Positions 16,143 through 33,045 of a stretch of DNA of 64,000 nt are shown in pieces. Source of the DNA: the human T2T-CHM13v2.0 reference genome, Homo sapiens; assembly GCF_009914755.1 (NCBI RefSeq), contig NC_060933.1, one strand, 5' to 3'. Position 1 is the first letter of the stretch; every line of letters starts with the position of its first letter. Below the pieces are notes generated by a model, which had not been told where the DNA came from, did not search any database, and worked only from the letters and a program-made list of their open reading frames with translations. Both the position numbers and the translations under genes were made by a program.

Positions 16143-16995
16143 GCTTAGAATATCCAGTGTCATGAGCAGGCTGCTCACAAGGCTGGATTACAGACTCCTA
16201 AGACTTTTATGGGCTCCGAGAGTCCCTAGGCTCAGGCTTCCATCCTCATATCTCCTCCTCTGGGTCCTGCCCTCCCTCCCCCAATCCTCTGATGAATGTC
16301 AGCCTCCAGCAATCCCCGGCCCAGCCCCCTGCCCCATAGCACTTGGTCTCTGCACAGAGTTCTGGCTTGGTGGCCATCTCTCCAGATTTGGCTCAAATCA
16401 CAGGCTCTAAGATCAGACCCCCAGAGTTACCCCAGGCAGTGTCCTGCTTTCTAGTGACATAGCCTCAGGCAAGGACCTAGCTCCTTGTGCCTCAGTTTTC
16501 CCCAATGTAAACACAGAGGTAGCAATGGTGTCAACTGCAAAGGGTGGCTGTGAAGTGCTTGGCACCATGCCAGGCACACAATGGCTTCCTGATTGTACCA
16601 GTCACAAGATTGGTTACTTTCTTGTTGGAAACCAGTTGGGAGGTGGATGCTGGAAGTTGAGGTCACAGAGGTCTATAGAGAGTGAATAAGCCCTTTTTCT
16701 CTGGGAGGTTCTTGCACTTGAGTGCCCAGCTGGTCCTCATTGCAGGTTGGGGGAGGGATACAGGGTTGTAGAAGAGCTCCAGAATCGGCCCCAAATAGGT
16801 GAGATCAGAGTTCTGCCATTGAAAGGCTTCTTGCCCTCCTTGGGCCATTTCCTCTATTGCAAGATGGGGTGGAGCCACTTGCTCTGCCAGCCTGACAGGG
16901 GAGTTAGCAGGGCCAGAAAAGGAGTTGGAGCTGGGCTTTTGGAAAGGGAAAAGTTGTGTGCATTTCCTGAAAGCTTCTCTCTTCCTTGCTGATAG

Positions 16996-17262
<267 letters not shown>

Positions 17263-17974
17263 TGATGGGGAAGCAATGCTAATTTTTACTCCAACACCAC
17301 CACCTCCCACCATTTACGCATCACGTGCTGTATGCCAGGCACTGACTCACTTCATCTCCCGTCAACCCTGTAAAGCAGAAACAATGACCCTGTTTATAGC
17401 CAAAGACAGTGAGGCTCAATGCAGCGCCAGACTAGGCAAGGTCACACAATTTCCAAGAGGATTTGAATTCAGGCCACCTCACTGGGGGACACCGTGCTAC
17501 CCAGTGCTGGGTCACCAGTTTTACCAAAAGGGAGCCAGGCCCAGAGAGGATGGGGACTGGCTCAAGGTCACACAGGGCTAAGGTCACACACCAGGCCCTG
17601 AGCCCTTCCACCACACTCCTCACCAGGGCTAGCAGGGCATGGGGAGGTGTAGGCCTGCAGGAAGACAGCCCTTTGTGTGTCCGAGACAGGGAGGTCCAGA
17701 TCAACAGAGGGACTAGGGTGAGAAAGCTGCTGCAAGAGTCCCTGGCATGCCCTCCTCTCTGTGGTGGTGGCAGGGACCCAGCAGGTTCAGGGCTGGCCAT
17801 ACAGCGGGAGGAGCCTTGTCAGCAGCTGCTACTGGGCCAGGCCTCAGTCCGTACAGCTCCGCAGTCTCACCCTGTATGGCTGGGCCTGGAGTCCTTGCCC
17901 CTGCCCTGCTCCCTTGCTGGCTGGCTGTGGGGTTGGCCCCCTTGTCTCACAAGCCACTGGGGCAGTGTGGCTGA

Positions 17975-18650
<676 letters not shown>

Positions 18651-19091
18651 TCACCCAATTATTTCTAAATAAAAATTGGGGAAAGAGAGTGTAGGTAGGA
18701 GTTTATGGGTTCTTCCAGTCTTTTTTCCTAAGCGTTTGTAAACTTTTTTGGATTCAGGAGAATGGTATCGTTAAAGTTGATAGCATCCTTTTTATATTGC
18801 AAACATAGTTTCATGTCATTCCCACAGCCTCCTCCTCTCTTGGCTCTGGCAACTGTGTGGCCTCCCGTCTTGCTTGATGTGCTGTAACTAACCCAAGCCA
18901 TCCCTATCACATGGGCTGAGCATTGAGCTTGTTCTCAATTTTTCACTTTGTGTAAACAGCTCTGATAAAGATGCTTATGGCATTATGGTTTTGTTTGTTT
19001 TTTTGTTTTGTTTTGTTTTGTTTTGTTTAGCATCCATGATTTCCTTAGGAAAAATTCCTAGGAGTGAGATTTCTGGGTCATACGATGTAAC

Positions 19092-19710
<619 letters not shown>

Positions 19711-20404
19711 ACAATGTAACATTTTCAAGTCTTTCCATGTTTTGGCCAACTTCACCTCCTCATATGCCCCCTAGGACAGGAGGAAAGGAAGACAGGAAGG
19801 CTCACTCAGTGTCTTTGCCCTGGATTCCACGGGACAGTGCCACTGGCATCTCAGGTCTCTCCATAGATCTGGGAACAATTCACTAACTTTACATGATGGT
19901 CTGCATTCACCCCATTATAAGAGTACTTCATTCATAAGTCTTTTGAGCAAAATTCTGGGTGAGGATCTGGTATTAGAGCCAGTGGTAGTATATACCTAGG
20001 GCCTGTGCCACCAAGCGTGCTGCAGACTCAAAGCTCCGTGCTGCCCTTGCCACCACCCTTCCCTTTCCATGCCCTCCCCACCTCCACCCGGAGAGGGCAC
20101 AGGAGAGAAGAGCACTGTACATTCCATGCGTGGAGACAACCTTCCCCATGTGGGTAAGGAATGAAGTGGTGAGATTGATGCTTTCCCAACCAGAACAAGA
20201 TGTTCCTGTTTAAAGACGGTCTGAAAATGGATCCTTTACTGAGTTCTTGGAGCGTATATTATGCTGTCCTAAACTTATCTTTGCAAAAGGAGCAAAGATG
20301 TTCTCATTGCTCTAAGTATTTTTAGATCTCTGCCTTAGGAATATCTTCCATTTGTGCCATATGGTGGGGGCAGGAATGGTGGGAGCCTGTCACTCCTGCT
20401 AAAT

Positions 20405-22235
20405 AGTGATGATGGTGGTGATGATGGAGGTGGCAATGATGGTGGTAGTGGTGGTGATGGTGGTGGCAGTGATGATGGTGATGATGATGGTGATGATAAT
20501 GGTGATGGTGGTGATGGTGTGATGATGGTGATGGTGGTCATGGTGATGGTGTGATGATGGTGATGGTGGTCATGGTGATTATGGTCGTGGTGATGATGTG
20601 ATGATGGTGGTGGTGGTGTGATGGTGATGATAGTAATGGTGATGGTGGTGATGGTGATGATAATAGTGGGGATGGTGACAGTGGTGTTGATGGTGTGATG
20701 GTGGTAATGATGATGGTAATGATGGTGATGATGGTGGTGATGATGGTAATGATGGTGATGATAGTGACGATGGTGACAGTGGCATTGATGGTTTGATGGT
20801 GGTGATGGTGTGATGATGGTGGTGGTGTGATGGTGATGGTGGTAATGATGGTGATGATGTTGGTGATGGTGGTGATGATGGGGATAATAGTGGTGGTGGT
20901 GACAGTGGTGTTGATGGTGTGATGGTGGTGATGGTGTGATGATGATGGTGGTCGTGGTGTGATGGTGATGGTGGTAATGATGGTGATGAGGTTGGTGATG
21001 ATGGGGATAATAGTGGTGATGGTGACGGTGGTGTTGATGGTGTGATGGTGGTAATGATAGTGGTGGTGGTGGTGATGGTGTGATGATGGTTAAGGTGGTG
21101 ATGGTAATGATTTTGATGATGGTGATGATTGTGTGATGATGGTGATGATGGTGTGATGGTGATTTTGGTAATGATGGTGGTGATGGTGATGATAGTGATG
21201 ATGGTGATGGTGGTGGTGTTGGAGTGATGGTGGTAATGGTGGTGGTGTGATGATGATGATGATGGTGGAGATGGTGATGATGATGGTAATGATGGTGATG
21301 ATGGCGGTGATGGTGATGGTGATGATGGTGGTAATGATGGTAATGATGGTGATGATAGTGGTGATGGTGACAGTGGTGATGGGTGTGATGGTGGTAATGG
21401 TAGTGGTGGTGTGATGATGGTAATGATGGTGATGATGGTGATGGTGACGGTGGTGGTGATAGTGTGATGGTGGTAATGGTGATGGTGTGATGATGGTAAT
21501 GATGGTGATAATAGTGGTGATGGTGATGGTGGTGGTGATGGAGTGATGGTGGTAATGGTAGTGATGGTGGTGTGATGATGGTGATGGTGGTGATGGTGAT
21601 GGCAGTGATGATGGTGGTAATGTTGATGGTAATGATGGTGATGATAGTGGTGATGGTGACGGTGGAGGTCATGGAGTGATGGTGGTAACAGTGGTGGTGT
21701 GATGATGGTGATGATGGTGGTGATGGTGGTGGTGATGATGGTAATGATGGTGACGACAGTGGTGATGGTGATGATGGTAATGATGGTGATGATGGCAGTG
21801 ATGATGAAGGTGGTAATGATGGTGTTAATGATGGTGATGATAGTGGTGATGGTGGTGGTGATGGAGTGATGGTGGTAATGGTGGTGGTGTGATGATGGTG
21901 GTGATGGTGATGGTGATGATGGTAATGATGGTGATGGCAGTGATGATGGTAATGATGGTAATGATGGTGATGATATATGATGATGATGGTAATGATGGTG
22001 ATGATAGTGGTGATGGTGGTGGTGATGGAGTGATGGTGGTAATGGTAGTGGTGGTGGTGTGATGATGGTGATGATGGCAGTGATGGTGATGATGGTGATG
22101 GTGATGATGGTGACAGTGATGGTGGTGTTGGTTGTGGTTGTGGTAATGATGGTGATGGTTGTGGTGGAGGTGGTGGCTGTGCAGATGATGGTAATGGTCG
22201 TTGTGGTGGTGGTGATGGCGGTGATAACGGAGATG
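20405..22235. repeat. ~1.8 kb degenerate (TGG/TGA)n trinucleotide array
   Basis: Directly visible GAT/GGT/GTA triplet low-complexity sequence. Confidence 0.97.
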
Positions 22236-22279
22236 ATTTGCTACATGTTTATTAAGCTCATGCTCTTGTGCCCTTGCAG

Positions 22280-22324
22280 GTGGAATGCATGGATGACCAT
22301 TACGCCAGTCAGGCCCTGGAGGAG
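22280..22324 (+). CDS. STKLD1: STKLD1 exon 3 (VECMDDHYASQALEE)
   Basis: AG / GTAACT, 45 nt. Confidence 0.9.
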
Positions 22325-22580
22325 GTAACTCTCAGGGTAGTTTTCCCTCTGGAAGAGCTCAATGGAGCATACACAGACTGTGTTCTGTACCTTCTTGTTG
22401 AGTGCCTGGATGAAGAGAAGGCTGGAGGGAGGGATAGAGCATCAGCACCAGTTTTGCCTCAGCTGTGAAGCCAGCAGCCCCAGGTCATGAAGGGAGTCCA
22501 TGCCCCAAACACTCACTGCTAAATGCAGGTGCCGACAACTTAGAACATATGTTCCCAGAGAACATAAAGTTTAAATATTG

Positions 22581-22897
<317 letters not shown>

Positions 22898-23824
22898 TTA
22901 ATCTACCAATAACTTCTTTAAATATTTTTTCTTCAATATAAAATTATTAATTACAGCAGAAAATTTTAAAAATACAGAATTGGGTTTTCTTTTGTTTTTA
23001 CCTTTTTTTTTTTTTCTTTAATAGCAATGGGGTCTCACCATTTTGCCCAGGCTAGTCTGAATTTCTGGGCTCAAGCAATCGTCCCACCTCGGCCTCCAAA
23101 GTGCTGGGGTACAGGCATGTACCACCACACCCATACCAGAACTGTTTAACAAAACAAATATAAATTACCCTTAATTCTACCATTGAGAGCTGCCCAGCAG
23201 TAACATACTCGTTTACAATAATAGCGATAACAGCTGCACTTCGGTTTGATTGGCAAAGCCTCCGAGTAGCCTTTCTTTGTGTTTCTTGAATTTCCCACGA
23301 GCTTGAAGGTGTCCCCTCTTATCTCATGGTCACTTGTTTGTCTTCTGGAATTGCTGGCTCTGGAGCTTGGCCAGCAAACATTATTGGGTGTATAGTGTGA
23401 CCGAAGCACAGTGGTGGGCCCAGGCTACTCGGTAACAAATGGGAAGAAAGAGCATGGGGCCTGCCCAGAGCCGCACGCCGCCGTGGCTTTTCACGTTGCC
23501 GATTCCCATCCACAGCCCACTAGGTAGGCCACCTGCTTTCATGCCCAACCTTCCACCCCAAGCAGTTGTCTGTCTGGCTCCATGTCTCTAAGGCAGCCCT
23601 ATCTGCTCCTGTTTGGGCATGTTTCAAAGCACTTTCCGCCAGGGCAGGGGCACCGGGACCTCTCCGTGTGCCCACCTCCCGGTGTCTGCACCACCTCCTC
23701 CAGCCAGCCCTGGCTGTGGCTGATCCCCACCTTCCTGGCACTGCCTGCCACAGCTCACTCACCCCCCATGGTATCCCTGTGAGGCAGATTCCACTAGGAC
23801 CCCCATTTTCAGATGACTATATGA

Positions 23825-24127
<303 letters not shown>

Positions 24128-24346
24128 TGACACCTACGGGCTCAGCCGCCACGCAGTGGGCTGCAGGACCAAGCAGACTGAGCCCAGAGCACGCCCACCC
24201 CCCACTGTCAGAATAGCTCGTGTGGCAATGGCAGTGACTGTAAACGTGGCCACCCCTGACCTAACACTCACTGGGGCCAGGTACCATGCTGGGGGCTTTC
24301 GGTGCATAGTCTCATAGGAGCCCCAAAAACCTCATCGTCAGGAGAG

Positions 24347-24642
24347 TTTTTTTTTTTTTTGGACAAAGTCTCGCTCTTGTCCCCCAGGCTGGAGTGTAAT
24401 GGTGTGATCTTGGCTCACTGCAACCTCTGCCTCCCGGGTTCAAGAGATTTTCTTGCCTCAGCCTCCCGAGTAGCCAGGATTACAGGCGCGTGCCATGATG
24501 CCCGGCTAATTTTTGTATTTTTAGTAGAGACGGGGTTTCACCATGTTGGCTGGGCTGGTGTTGAACTCCTGACCTTAAGTGATCCGCCCGCCTCGGCCTC
24601 CCAAAGTGCTGGGATTAGAGGCGTGAGCCACCACGCCTGACC
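24347..24642 (-). mobile_element. AluS within MIR-like sequence
   Basis: Reverse Alu consensus. Confidence 0.88.
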
Positions 24643-25786
24643 AGGAGGGGTTCTTAACCCATTTGACAGAAGAAGAAACAGAGGCTAACAGAAACAAGTT
24701 GCTCCAGGTTACCCAGCTAGTACGTGGCCAAGCCAGAGGGCCAGGCCAGATGGGCCTGACTCCCGGGCTCTGCACGCAGCCAACGAGCTTGTCCTGGTGA
24801 GCCTGTGCCTCTGATGACAGAGTTTTTACTTTCATGGAAGGAGCTAGTTGACCTCCGTCTCCACAGCCACCCGACACCGGTGCCGTCCTGGGCCTGTGCG
24901 CCCCTTACTCCTGCAGCCCCTGTGCAGCTTACTGACCAGCACCACATCCGTCATCACGTGCCAGGAGGGCTGCAGGGCAGGAAGTACTGTCCCTGTGCTC
25001 CTGATGGGGCCTAGGGCTCCGGTTCAGGAGCTCTCCAAGGCCACACAGCTAGTAAACAGCTGACTGGGGACGGAGACTCAGGTCCAGCAGCCGGGTCCTG
25101 TAGGCTGGATGACTTCTTGTCTTTACAAGGAGCCAGGAGCTTTCCAGTCACTTCTGATGGGACTGAGGCAGACAGCGGGAGGCTGAGCAGGCACAAGGGG
25201 TGCTGGAGGTAAAGAGAGGCTGAGAAGCCTTCTGCCAGGCGCCAGCCTGCATGAGATGTCCACACTGGTGTTCCCACCTGGGGCCAACAATCCCGGGTCC
25301 GAGCAGGAAAGGCCCCTCACACGCTCCCTCTGCTCCAGCGGGTCTTGGGGAGGGGACCTCACTGCATGCACTCCCAAAGATTTTCTGAGCACCCCCTAAT
25401 GCTCTCAAGGAGGGTGCAGAGAAGCCAAGAGGACATTTCCCTATGGGAGGGAGCACAGAATTGGGGGCCCTGACCTGGTCTGCTGGGGCTCTGGCCAGGG
25501 CAGGGTCCTCAGAGGAAATGGGTCTGAGCTGAGCCCTAAAGGGTGCATAGTTATCCCTATGAAGGGGGTGGGTAGTGGTCCAAGCAGAGGGGTCCATGTG
25601 TGCAGTGGCCAGGGGACAAGTGCAGCTTTTGGGAAAGTCCAAGTAGCTTGGTGTGGATGGAGTGTGGAGTGGAGGTGGAGCCTGGGAATGGGGAGAGGAG
25701 AGAGAGGAAGCTGAAGGTGGGGCAGGAGGGGCTTGTAGCCCCCTCCAGTGGGCAGTGCTCCCACGGCCACTGCAAATGGCAGCTGA

Positions 25787-26008
<222 letters not shown>

Positions 26009-26099
26009 TAGACCTGTGACACAGGCCCTGCGGTGCAGGGCAAAGTAACAGCGGGAGGGCAGGCACCATGGAGTCCAGCCTTGTTTTTTTCTTAAATGT

Positions 26100-27180
26100 G
26101 TGCCTCGAGGCATTGCACTCTAGGTAATGTGTGCAGATCTTAAGTGCACAGTTTGATGCACTCACACAACTTCCACCCAGATCAAGACAGAAGGCGTTCC
26201 TAACACTAGAAGGTTCCCAGTCGGTGACCATGATTCCAGATTGTTCTGCCGGTCCCTGAAGTTCCTGTAAATGGACTCGTCCGGCATGCTGCCACTCCTG
26301 TCTGGTCTCCTTCCCTCAGCCTGCTGTTGTGAGCCCCGCGGTGCTGCTGCATGCACCAGCAAATCATGTGTTCATTGCTTGCTGCCACTCTGCTGCCTGA
26401 TTGCGCTGCAGGCTGTTTACCTAGTCTCATTTGGGCTGCTTCCAGTTTGGGGCTATTGTGAATAAGGCTGCTATGAGCATTGCTGGAAGACACTCACTTT
26501 TCTGGGATGAATACCTAGGAGTGGAATTATTGGGTCGTAGAGTACATGTGTGTAGCTTCAGTGGATGCTCCAAACAGATTTCCGACTTGGTTTGGTTGGC
26601 CCCATGTTTACTCTCACAAGTTGTGAGCATTCCCGATCCACATGGAGGCCAGCACTTCATTGTGTCAGTCTTGTTGTTGTTGTTGTTGTTGAGATGGAGT
26701 CTCACTCTGTCGCCCAGGCTGGAGTGCAGTGGCACGACCTTGGCTCACTGCAACCTTCGCCTCCCTGTTCAAGCGATTCTCCTGCCTCAGCCTCCCAAGT
26801 AGCTGGGACTACAGGTGCCCACCACCACACCCACTAATTTTTGTATTATTAATAGAGACAAGGTTTTGCTATGTTGCCCAGGCTGGTCTCGAACTCCTGA
26901 CCTCAAGTGATCCACCCGCCTCGGCCTCCCAGAGTGCTGGGATTACAGATGTGAGCCGCCGCGCCTAGCCAGTTCACTTTCTTAATGATGTCTTTTGATG
27001 ATGGAAAGTCCTAACTGTAATGGAGTTCGCTTTCCCAATGCTGACTCTTATGGTTAGTGCCTTTGGAGTTTAAGAAGCATTTCCTGCTCCAAGATCATGA
27101 AGATACTCTCCTCTGTCTTATGGAAGCTTGGTTATTTTTGCCTTCACATTTAGATCTTTCATCTACCCCAGATGAATGCT
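26100..27180 (-). mobile_element. Old L1 (L1M-type) fragments interrupted by an Alu (26671-26970, -)
   Basis: TTCCAGTTTGGGGCTATTGTGAATAAGGCTGCTATGAGCATT L1 3' signature; reverse Alu consensus. Confidence 0.7.
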
Positions 27181-27898
27181 ACCTGCTTTTACCCTGAGAA
27201 CTGTGTTTGGGGGGACCATGTACCCCTGAGGGGCTCTTCGGGGCACACAGCTCTTCTCTTACCATGGGCCTCAGAGGCAGGCCCGGAGTGAGTTTCAGAC
27301 TTTGTGAGTGAAGCCCTTCAAAACACGAAATATTCCCAGAAACCCAGTAAGTGCAGCAGACCTACTCTAACTGGGGGCAGTGGGAGGACGCCCACATCCT
27401 GCCCCCTCAGCCCCTCTCTGACACCCCAGGGTGGCCCTGAATCCAGGGGCCCTAGGAGCCCAGCTTTAGAATCACCGCGCTGGGTACTCGATGGAGCTTG
27501 TCTCTGATGCAGAACACTCCTAGCATTCTCTCTCAGGGCTCTTTTCATTTGAATGACCTAGAGGATTGAGCTCATGTAGGCACTGAAGGCTTCCACCTCT
27601 CCCATACCCGCAAGGCCGATCTGCCTTCAGCTCCCAGCAAGTGTGGGGCAGCGCGGGCCACAGAGTAGGGTGCAGGGATGGGGCCCCTGCAGCACCCAGG
27701 GTCTCTGGTATGGAGACAGCAGTGTGGAGTCTGGAAACTCAGAGTCCTTCTGGCTGCCGCCGCGGCTTTACCATCTGGAGAGCCACCACGCTGAAGCCTC
27801 CTCCACCCTGAGCGCTTGGCTGGCTTCAGGCCTGTCTCAAGATGCAAGGAGAGGATACACCACCATCCTGCTGGCTGCTCTGAGTGTCACCCCCCTGA

Positions 27899-28021
<123 letters not shown>

Positions 28022-28457
28022 TAAGTGGGGCCCCTGACCTCTGCGGACTGGCTGGCTGCTTCGGGAGAAAAGGCACTGAGGCCACTCGGGTGCCAGTGCC
28101 CGTGGGCAGGATCTGGGGAGAAAGGTGCACCGGGCCAGTGCAGCCAGGATAGGATGGGACCTTACAGAGCTCCTCCCGGGCTTGAAAGAGGCTCTTCCAA
28201 GTGGTCTCAAGCCATGTGCACACGCACAGCTGCATGGGGTGTGCGCTAGCCAGGCGGGCTGCTCTAGAGTTCGTGGAAAGGAAGGAGGCAAAAGCCCTGC
28301 CAAGAAGAGAGACCGGGTTGCCTGCCGTGGGGCCAGTGTGGGCTGAGTGGGCCCTGCTGAGCCTTTGACCCCCAGCGGCACAACTTTCAGGCTGGAGAAT
28401 CCATGGTCTGAAGGGGCTGGGAGATGGCTCCAATTCTGAACACCAATATCTTATTTA

Positions 28458-28665
<208 letters not shown>

Positions 28666-28871
28666 ACGCAGACCATACGTACAAAGGGAATGCTCACATT
28701 CCACATCCAGTGTTCATGTCACTAGACGTCGCACAATGGCCAAAAATCAATCCCCAGGCAAACGTGTAGCTGAGATATCTAAGGAGGTGAATGTGTCAAT
28801 TAAGGGGCCTCTTCGGAGTGCTGGGTGTGTTCCTACTTGTGGTTGAGGATTTTTCCCCCGATTTAAAATAA

Positions 28872-29435
<564 letters not shown>

Positions 29436-29544
29436 TGAGAGAAACAAAGTCGTGGTTGTTTGTGGTACCCCAGAAAATGTTGCCTCTCATGGAGGGAAAA
29501 GAAAGTGTCAGAAGGAAGGATATGAAAATGCCCAGGACGGAGGG

Positions 29545-30271
29545 AGGTGGGGGGGGTCAGCCCCCCGCCCGGCCAGCCGCCCCGTCCGGGAGGGAGGTGG
29601 GGGGCTCAGCCCCCCCGCCCAGACAGCCGCCCTGTCCGGGAGGGAGGTGGGGGGGTCAGCCCCCCGCCCGGCCAGCCGCCCCGTCAGGGAGGGAGGTGAG
29701 GGGCGCCTCTGCCCGGCCGCCCCTACTGGGAAGTGAGGAGCCCCTCTGCCCGGCCGCCACCCCGTCTGGGAGGTGTGCCCAGCAGCTCATTGAGAACGGG
29801 CCATGATGGCAATGGCGGTTTTGTGGAATAGAAAAGGGGGAAAGGTGGGGAAAAGATTGAGAAATCGGATGGTTGCTGTGTCTGTGTAGAAAGAAGTAGA
29901 CATGGGAGACTTTTCATTTTGTTCTGTACTAAGAAAAATTCTTCTGCCTTGGGATCCTGTTGATCTATGACCTTACCCCCAACCCTGTGCTCTCTGAAAC
30001 ATGTGCTGTGTCCACTCAGGGTTAAATGGATTAGGGCGGTGCAAGATGTGCTTTGTTTAACAGATGCTTGAAGGCAGCATGCTCGTTAAGAGTCATCACC
30101 ACTCCCTAATCTCAAGTACCCAGGGACACAAACACTCTGCCTAGGAAAACCAGAGACCTTTGTTCACTTGTTTATCTGCTGACCTTCCCTCTACTATTGT
30201 CCTATGACCCTGCCAAATCCCCCTCTGCGAGAAACACCCAAGAATGATCAATTAAAAAAAAAAAAAAGAAA
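29545..30271 (+). mobile_element. 5'-truncated SVA retrotransposon (partial VNTR + SINE-R + A tail)
   Basis: GC-rich VNTR units (GGGAGGTGGGGGGGTCAGCCCCCCGCCCGGCCAGCCGCCCCGTCC), HERV-K-LTR-derived SINE-R, A tail, direct repeat GAAAATGCCCAGGACGGAGGG at 29524-29544 and 30272-30292. Confidence 0.95.
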
Positions 30272-30396
30272 GAAAATGCCCAGGACGGAGGGTCTGTGGG
30301 TGCCAGGCACTGGCTGCGTGTACATCACTGAGTCCTACAACAACCCAGGAGATGAAGGGGTGGGTGGCAAGGGGAGACGAGTTCTCGTTCCTTTGA

Positions 30397-30778
<382 letters not shown>

Positions 30779-30799
30779 ACACTCAGTCCTTGGTAGACA

Positions 30800-32150
30800 G
30801 AAGATGAATGAGTAGATGGGTGGGTGTGTGGTTTGGTGGGTGGTAGGATGGATAGGTGGGTGGGTAAGTGGATGGATGATGGGTGGGTGAGTGGATGGAT
30901 GGATAGGTGGGTGGATAGATGGATGAATAGGTGGGTGGGTGGGTGAGTGGATGGATGGATGGATGAGTGGATGGATGAATGGATGGATGGATGAGTGGAT
31001 GGATGGATGGATGGGTGGATGGATGGATGGATGGATGGATGGATGGATGGATGGATGGATAGGTGGGTGGGTGAGTGGATGGGTGGGTGGGTGAGTGGAT
31101 GGGTGAGTAGGTGAGTGGATGAGTGGATGGATGGATGAGTGGATGGATGGATGGATGGATGGATGGATAGGAGGGTGGGTGAGTGGATGGGTGGGTGGGC
31201 AGGTGGGTGGGTGAGTGGATGGATGGATGGATGAGTGGATGGATGGATGGATAGGAGGGTGGGTGAGTGGATGGGTGGGTGGGCAGGTGGGTGGGTTAGT
31301 GGATTGGATGGATGGATAGGTGGGTGGGTGGGTGGGTCAGTGGATGGATGGATGGATGGATAGATGGGTGGATGAGTGGATGGGTGGGTAGGTGAGTAGA
31401 TGGATGGATGGGTGGATGGGTGTGTGGTTGCATGGGTGGGTGTATGGGCAGATGGGTGAGTGCATGGGTTGTAGATGGATGGGTGGGTGGGTAGATGGGT
31501 GGGTGGGTGCATGTGTGGATGGATGTGTGGGTGGGTGGGCATATGGATGGGTGGGTGGATGAATGAGTGAATGAGTGGGTAGGTGGGTGAGTGGATGGAT
31601 TGGATGAGTGCATGGATGGATGGATGGATGGATGGATGGATGGATGGATGGATGGTTGGACGGATGGATGAATGGGAGGGTAGGTAAGTGGATGGGTGGG
31701 CGGGTGGATGGATAGGTGGGTGGGTCAGTGGATGGATAGATGGGTGGGTGAGTGGATGGATAGGTGGGTGGGTGGGTGGGTCAGTGGATATATGGATGGA
31801 TAGATGGGTAGGTGAGTAGATGGATGGATGGGTGTGTGGTTAGAGGGATGGGTGTGTGGGTGGATGGGTGAGTGCATGGGTTGTGGATGGATGGTTGGGT
31901 GGGTAGATGGATGGGTGGGTGGGTGCATGTGGATGGATGTGTGGGTGGGTAGGTGTATGGATGAATGGATGGATGGGTGAGTGTGTGGGTAGATGGGTGG
32001 GTATGTGGATGGATGGGTGGGTGAGTGAGTGAATGGGTGAGTGAGTGAATGAGTGTGTAGGTGGGTGAGTGGATGGGTGGGTGGGTGGATGGATGGATGG
32101 ATGGATGGGGTGTGCGTGGATGGATGGGTGGACAGACGGGCAGATGGTTG
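30800..32150. repeat. ~1.35 kb degenerate (GGAT/GGGT)n tetranucleotide array
   Basis: Directly visible. Confidence 0.97.
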
Positions 32151-32580
32151 GTTCTATTGGAGGTGTAGATGGCATGCGTCCTTGGAGTCCAGCCCTTTAC
32201 TGTTGGGCTGGGGAATGGAGGTCCAGAGAAGGAGGGGCTGCCTGAAGCCAACCAGGGACTGATGGACTCAGAGGAGTCTGCTCTTTTGCCTCCCTGTCTG
32301 GGGTTCCAGTTGAGAAAGTAGGGCAGAGCAACTGTAACTTTGCCCCCAAGGTCCTGACATTTAGAAGGGGCAAGAAGTTTAGAGGGGTGCACAGTTTCTT
32401 GGCACGTGCCTCTTCCAACTCCTTCTACAGCCATCCAGGGCACACAGACACACCACCTATATGGGCCAGCCTGGTGGGCACCCACCAAGATGGACAGCTT
32501 CAGTGGCTCCAGATCAACACAAAGCTCCCGCTGATTGGGGCCTCTTCCTCCCCACAGTTAATATTCTCCACCTCTTCTGA

Positions 32581-33045
<465 letters not shown>

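Noticed and set aside
20335-21672. 445-aa His/Thr/Pro-rich ORF on the - strand
   Set aside because: Translation of the TGG/TGA array; the CAT/CAC strand simply lacks stops; no domain or gene structure
29545-29780. Regularly spaced GC-rich repeats resembling a repeat-spacer array
   Set aside because: SVA VNTR in a human genome; no unique spacers, not CRISPR
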